Shown piece after piece: positions 60,427 through 64,000 of a DNA stretch of 64,000 nucleotides. A program made the translations under genes and the position numbers. Under the pieces are notes generated by a model that made no database searches, was not told the DNA's origin, and worked only from the letters and a program-made list of their open reading frames with translations. Numbering within the stretch: the first letter of the stretch is position 1; the number at the start of each line of letters is the position of its first letter. Source of the DNA: an uncultured Methanosarcinales archaeon (GTDB taxonomy: Archaea; Nanobdellota; Nanobdellia; Woesearchaeales; ARS49); assembly GCA_964637115.1 (NCBI GenBank), contig CAZWVL010000006.1:1-64000 (forward strand), written 5' to 3'.

Positions 60427-63400
60427 TTACATCTTAAACCGCTTCTTAAGCTTGCTTAATGCTTCATCAAGGCTTGGCAGGGGCTTTGGCTTCCTAAAGT
60501 GCAGTAAAGCAATCATAATCATAATAATAATTAATACGAGCAGGAAGAGCGCGAGCGCCAAGAGGAATCCGCACTTCAAATAGAACATCAACACCATCAG
60601 GAATACAATGGCAACTATTATCATGATGACCATAAAGCCCTTGCCGCGCTCGTGAGTCTTTTCCTTGCGGTAAATGTACATTCCGCTTGCAATGAGCAAG
60701 ATTAGCAATAATGCATTAATCACCCACGGCAGATACAAGCACAAGTTGAATTTCTGCACGACTGTTGCGCAATCCTCTGGACAGGTCTTGGCATCTTCAT
60801 CAATACCGCACACGCCATCGCCACACGAGCACGGATGCGGACGCTCCTTGTCAGGAATCCTCTTGCCAACAACCACGATAACGTCACCAGACCTGCATTT
60901 CCTGTGGGAAATATCAACACTCTGACTATAGCCAAGCAAAGCAGCCATTGGGTCGGCTTCTGACTTCTCCCTGTTAACAACCTTGTAAACAAAGTCTCTA
61001 ACCGGCCATACTCCTGGCAGCTGGTCGTGCGTCACAGGAACAAACAAGACGTTAGGATCACAATACTTGCGCTCAACATACCAAGCCGGATATGCGTCCG
61101 GAACCTGCACGACACCATCGTTTATCGTCGTAAAGAAGTCCTTGAAGAACTTCTCAACCCACGGATACGTTCTTGTACCAATAACAAGACCATACTCTGC
61201 CTGCACGCTTGGAGCACTCTCCTGCTTGCCCTTAACCAATAAATCAACAATTTCAGGATGCATGCTTGGAAGACTGAACAATCCCGAAGGAATTCTCGTG
61301 TTCAACATGTAAGCAAAGAAATTATTCCAGGCGCCAAGCAACGGACTGCCGCCAAACGGAGTGCCAATGTAGACAACCTTCTTGGTGAGAGTTGCAAGAG
61401 CAAGACCATTATCTTTTGAATATCTTAAAGCATCCTGAGCAACAAGACCGCCAAAGGAATACGGAACAAGATAAAGTTCGCTGACTCCATCCTGCAAGAG
61501 CGTGGACGAAGCTTGCTCTGCAAGATCCTTGGCTATGCCAGCCAATGGCTGCGTTGGGGTGTAATAATACGAATACACCTTCGAGCCATCATCAGAAGCC
61601 CTATACTCGTGCACAAACTTGTTAACGCTTACGCGGCTTACTGTCAAGCCCTGAACAAATATGACGGCGGTTGAACCGCCACCATCATACTCCTTAATCA
61701 GCTTGTCAGCAACAGACTGCGGATTGTCAATTGACAATACTGCAAAGAGACCAACATACTTGGAACCCTGCTTGACAAAGTACGCCTCAATTGCATCAGA
61801 CGACAAAGTAGCAACCAGCCTGTTTCCAACATGACGACCATTCAAATCAACCCAAACTTCGCCGCTTCTAATGTAAAGACCAGCAGTGGAATCATCGACA
61901 GGCACGGGAATGCTCAATTCAAGAGTTTCAGGAGATGCAAAATTATCAAGAGTCATGTCAAATGCAGTTACGACCAACATTTCCGGATTGCTTACAGGAA
62001 CAGGGCTTGAAGGATGCTCAACGGTAATGGTCACAGGAAGCAGGATATTATCCATCGTGATTTCCATCGATTGGCCAAGAGTTGTTCCAACGATAAACAA
62101 CGGATTCTCTGGAGTTATCTGGCCAACAATCCTTTCCTGAATCAAACGAGTTTCCAGCTGCTCAACGGTGTAGTCCACGTAATCATAACAGTGCGGCTTG
62201 CACTTGCCCGCACCACGCACATTGTATTCTGTTCTAATTTCTTCAGCAGTAAGCGAACGGTTGAAAATCTGCACTTCATCAATGAGACCATAGAAGTGTT
62301 CGGATTCAGGAGGACCCATGCTTGAAGATCCAATGTACAACGGATCCATAGTTGTTGCAATCAATCCATATGCTGACTGATTCTTCTTTAACACGCCATC
62401 AACATAAATCCTGATCATCTCGCCATCATAAGTTCCAGCAATGAAGTGGAACGGTATTTCAGGCGTTGTCTCGATGGGAACAGGAGTTGTAATCGTGCCA
62501 TCTCTAACACCTGCAAGAGAGAACTTAATGAAACCAGAATCGGCTGAGAGACTATATTGCTGGCCAGACGCGCTCTTCTGAACAACAACACCATTTCTCC
62601 ACTCTTCAGGTTTCACCCAAGCAGATATCGTGATTTCCTCAACAGGATTCAAGTCATACCAGTGCTTGACATAAACATAGTCATCAACACCATCAAGCTT
62701 GAACGCCTTTCCAACGATGCCCCAATCATACGCCAGAGCAATAAGAGTATTGCCTCTAGTACCTAACGACAAGTTTCCGTGATTGAAGCTTTCCAAATCA
62801 TTTGCGTGAGCATCACCAGGCCACCAGCTGATCAAACCGTAAGGAGCTTTCATGCACGTGTCACAATCACCGCCAGCATCAGCACCTTCAGCTGATTTTG
62901 CAAACAACTCATCAGTGGATAGACCTCCACAAACAACACCCTGATCTTCAGATGAGTCAATTGGTGTAGCCGTGTTGCCGCTCAGCAAATACGTTTCGAT
63001 GTCAACATAATTGTTCGGCAAGCCCTGAGTAAACTGCAACGGAGTATCTTCGCAGCACGCAGCGACTTCAACAACCGACAACACTTCTTTACTAGTAACA
63101 GTACCCAAAGCAGTTTCCTGCTCAGTTGTAAGAGTGGTAGTTTCAGTGTATTTTGCAGACGCGCACTGCGAAGTACACATGATTCCGGACTTAACCGGGT
63201 ACGTAATCTCCGGCCGAGGAGGTGGAGGTGGGGGAGGCGGAGGCGGACCTACAGGCGGTGGCGGAGGTGGAGGCGGACCTACAGGCGGAGGTGGGGGAGG
63301 AGGTGGTGGCGTAAATGGCTTGCAGAACTGGCAAGATGACTGCATGCCCGGAACAGATTCATCGCAAGTCTCTCCACAATCAAGCTTGCTATTACCACAG

Positions 63401-64000
63401 CAGTAATTGCAATCTAGACCACAACCAGGAGTACCATCACATATCTCATTCGGACCTTTCTTGCCATCGCCACAAATGCCACACGAACAGTCAGTATTGC
63501 ACGTGCCTACACCTGCGGGCTCGCAGCACTCGCTGGCCTGATTTTGAATTCCATCGCCGCATATCGGGACACGGCACTTGCATTGAAGATTGCACTTGCC
63601 CTGAACATTATTTATCGTGCAAACGCTTCCCGGAGGCTCGCAGTCCTCGCCAGGACCAAGCTCACCATCGCCGCACGTGCAATCTTCAGGACAAATTTCA
63701 AAGTTCTCAGGACCTTCGCACACACCATCGCCACACACATAACACTTGCAAGTAACAGTATTACACTTGTAGCCTGTCGGGCACTCGCTATCACGTTCGC
63801 ACTCTTCAGGCGACTGCTTTATACCATTGCCGCAATACGGCAGCTTCCACTTGCAATCCTGAGAGCAAATGTAGTCTTCCATAATTGAGCCTGGAGGATC
63901 ACACTCCTCACCGTATTCTATCTGGACTTCTCCATCACCACAGAACGGAGTCCTCTGCCTGCAGCCTTCAAAGCAAGTAATTCCATTTGGAGGATCGCAC
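60427..64000 (-). CDS. Giant surface protein (5'-partial): Cys-rich CGDG repeats, polyproline, LamG-like domain, alpha/beta-hydrolase, 2 C-terminal TM
   Basis: The frame stays open from 63882 to 64000 (CDPPNGITCFEGCRQRTPFCGDGEVQIEYGEECDPPG). Myxococcus-type CGDG...EECD repeats; LamG (ITISAWVKP, GTYDG, YVDG, GLIDEVQIFNRSL); hydrolase (PYSFGG, IGTPFGGS, NDGVV, THD). Confidence 0.88.
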   Translation of the reverse strand, partial: CDPPNGITCFEGCRQRTPFCGDGEVQIEYGEECDPPGSIMEDYICSQDCKWKLPYCGNGIKQSPEECERDSECPTGYKCNTVTCKCYVCGDGVCEGPENFEICPEDCTCGDGELGPGEDCEPPGSVCTINNVQGKCNLQCKCRVPICGDGIQNQASECCEPAGVGTCNTDCSCGICGDGKKGPNEICDGTPGCGLDCNYCCGNSKLDCGETCDESVPGMQSSCQFCKPFTPPPPPPPPPVGPPPPPPPPVGPPPPPPPPPPRPEITYPVKSGIMCTSQCASAKYTETTTLTTEQETALGTVTSKEVLSVVEVAACCEDTPLQFTQGLPNNYVDIETYLLSGNTATPIDSSEDQGVVCGGLSTDELFAKSAEGADAGGDCDTCMKAPYGLISWWPGDAHANDLESFNHGNLSLGTRGNTLIALAYDWGIVGKAFKLDGVDDYVYVKHWYDLNPVEEITISAWVKPEEWRNGVVVQKSASGQQYSLSADSGFIKFSLAGVRDGTITTPVPIETTPEIPFHFIAGTYDGEMIRIYVDGVLKKNQSAYGLIATTMDPLYIGSSSMGPPESEHFYGLIDEVQIFNRSLTAEEIRTEYNVRGAGKCKPHCYDYVDYTVEQLETRLIQERIVGQITPENPLFIVGTTLGQSMEITMDNILLPVTITVEHPSSPVPVSNPEMLVVTAFDMTLDNFASPETLELSIPVPVDDSTAGLYIRSGEVWVDLNGRHVGNRLVATLSSDAIEAYFVKQGSKYVGLFAVLSIDNPQSVADKLIKEYDGGGSTAVIFVQGLTVSRVSVNKFVHEYRASDDGSKVYSYYYTPTQPLAGIAKDLAEQASSTLLQDGVSELYLVPYSFGGLVAQDALRYSKDNGLALATLTKKVVYIGTPFGGSPLLGAWNNFFAYMLNTRIPSGLFSLPSMHPEIVDLLVKGKQESAPSVQAEYGLVIGTRTYPWVEKFFKDFFTTINDGVVQVPDAYPAWYVERKYCDPNVLFVPVTHDQLPGVWPVRDFVYKVVNREKSEADPMAALLGYSQSVDISHRKCRSGDVIVVVGKRIPDKERPHPCSCGDGVCGIDEDAKTCPEDCATVVQKFNLCLYLPWVINALLLILLIASGMYIYRKEKTHERGKGFMVIMIIVAIVFLMVLMFYLKCGFLLALALFLLVLIIIMIMIALLHFRKPKPLPSLDEALSKLKKRFKM
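63320..64000 (-). repeat. Myxococcus-type cysteine-rich repeats (DUF4215-like)
   Basis: Recurring CG(D/N)G...E.C(D/E) units. Confidence 0.8.

Noticed and set aside
1-64000. Integrase, transposase, att-like direct repeats, tRNA or rRNA at the island borders
   Set aside because: None recognised by eye; tRNAscan-SE and a repeat search would be needed to exclude them fully.

Overview
The window looks archaeal, probably DPANN-type (inferred from BRE-TATA promoters about 25-35 nt ahead of near-leaderless starts, a GTGAT-type RBS and the gene content). It is a cell-surface locus with three parts. (1) Left, 1-10.5 kb: two tandem, paralogous giant secreted proteins on the minus strand. One is a 2660-aa membrane-anchored adhesin with 14 disulfide Ig-like repeats. 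The other is a >792-aa Cys-rich and Gly/Gln/Pro-repeat protein that runs off the left edge and is absent from the ORF track. (2) Middle, about 13.3-59.3 kb: a glycosylation island with 17 polytopic GT-C-like glycosyltransferases, 5 GT2, 1 GT4, 2 SDR epimerases, 3 methyltransferases, an FAD oxidoreductase and a small EamA/SMR pair. Most of it lies between two paralogous secreted cupredoxin-like proteins whose predicted mature N-terminus is His. An Fe/2OG enzyme sits at the left edge, and two toxin-antitoxin pairs and two possibly foreign secreted proteins sit at the right edge. Intergenic spacers hold recognisable gene scars. (3) Right, 60.4-64 kb: a partial giant surface protein with Cys-rich repeats, polyproline, LamG, an alpha/beta-hydrolase and two TM helices. 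I saw no rRNA, tRNA, CRISPR array, integrase or transposase. Family names come from motif recognition, not from searches.
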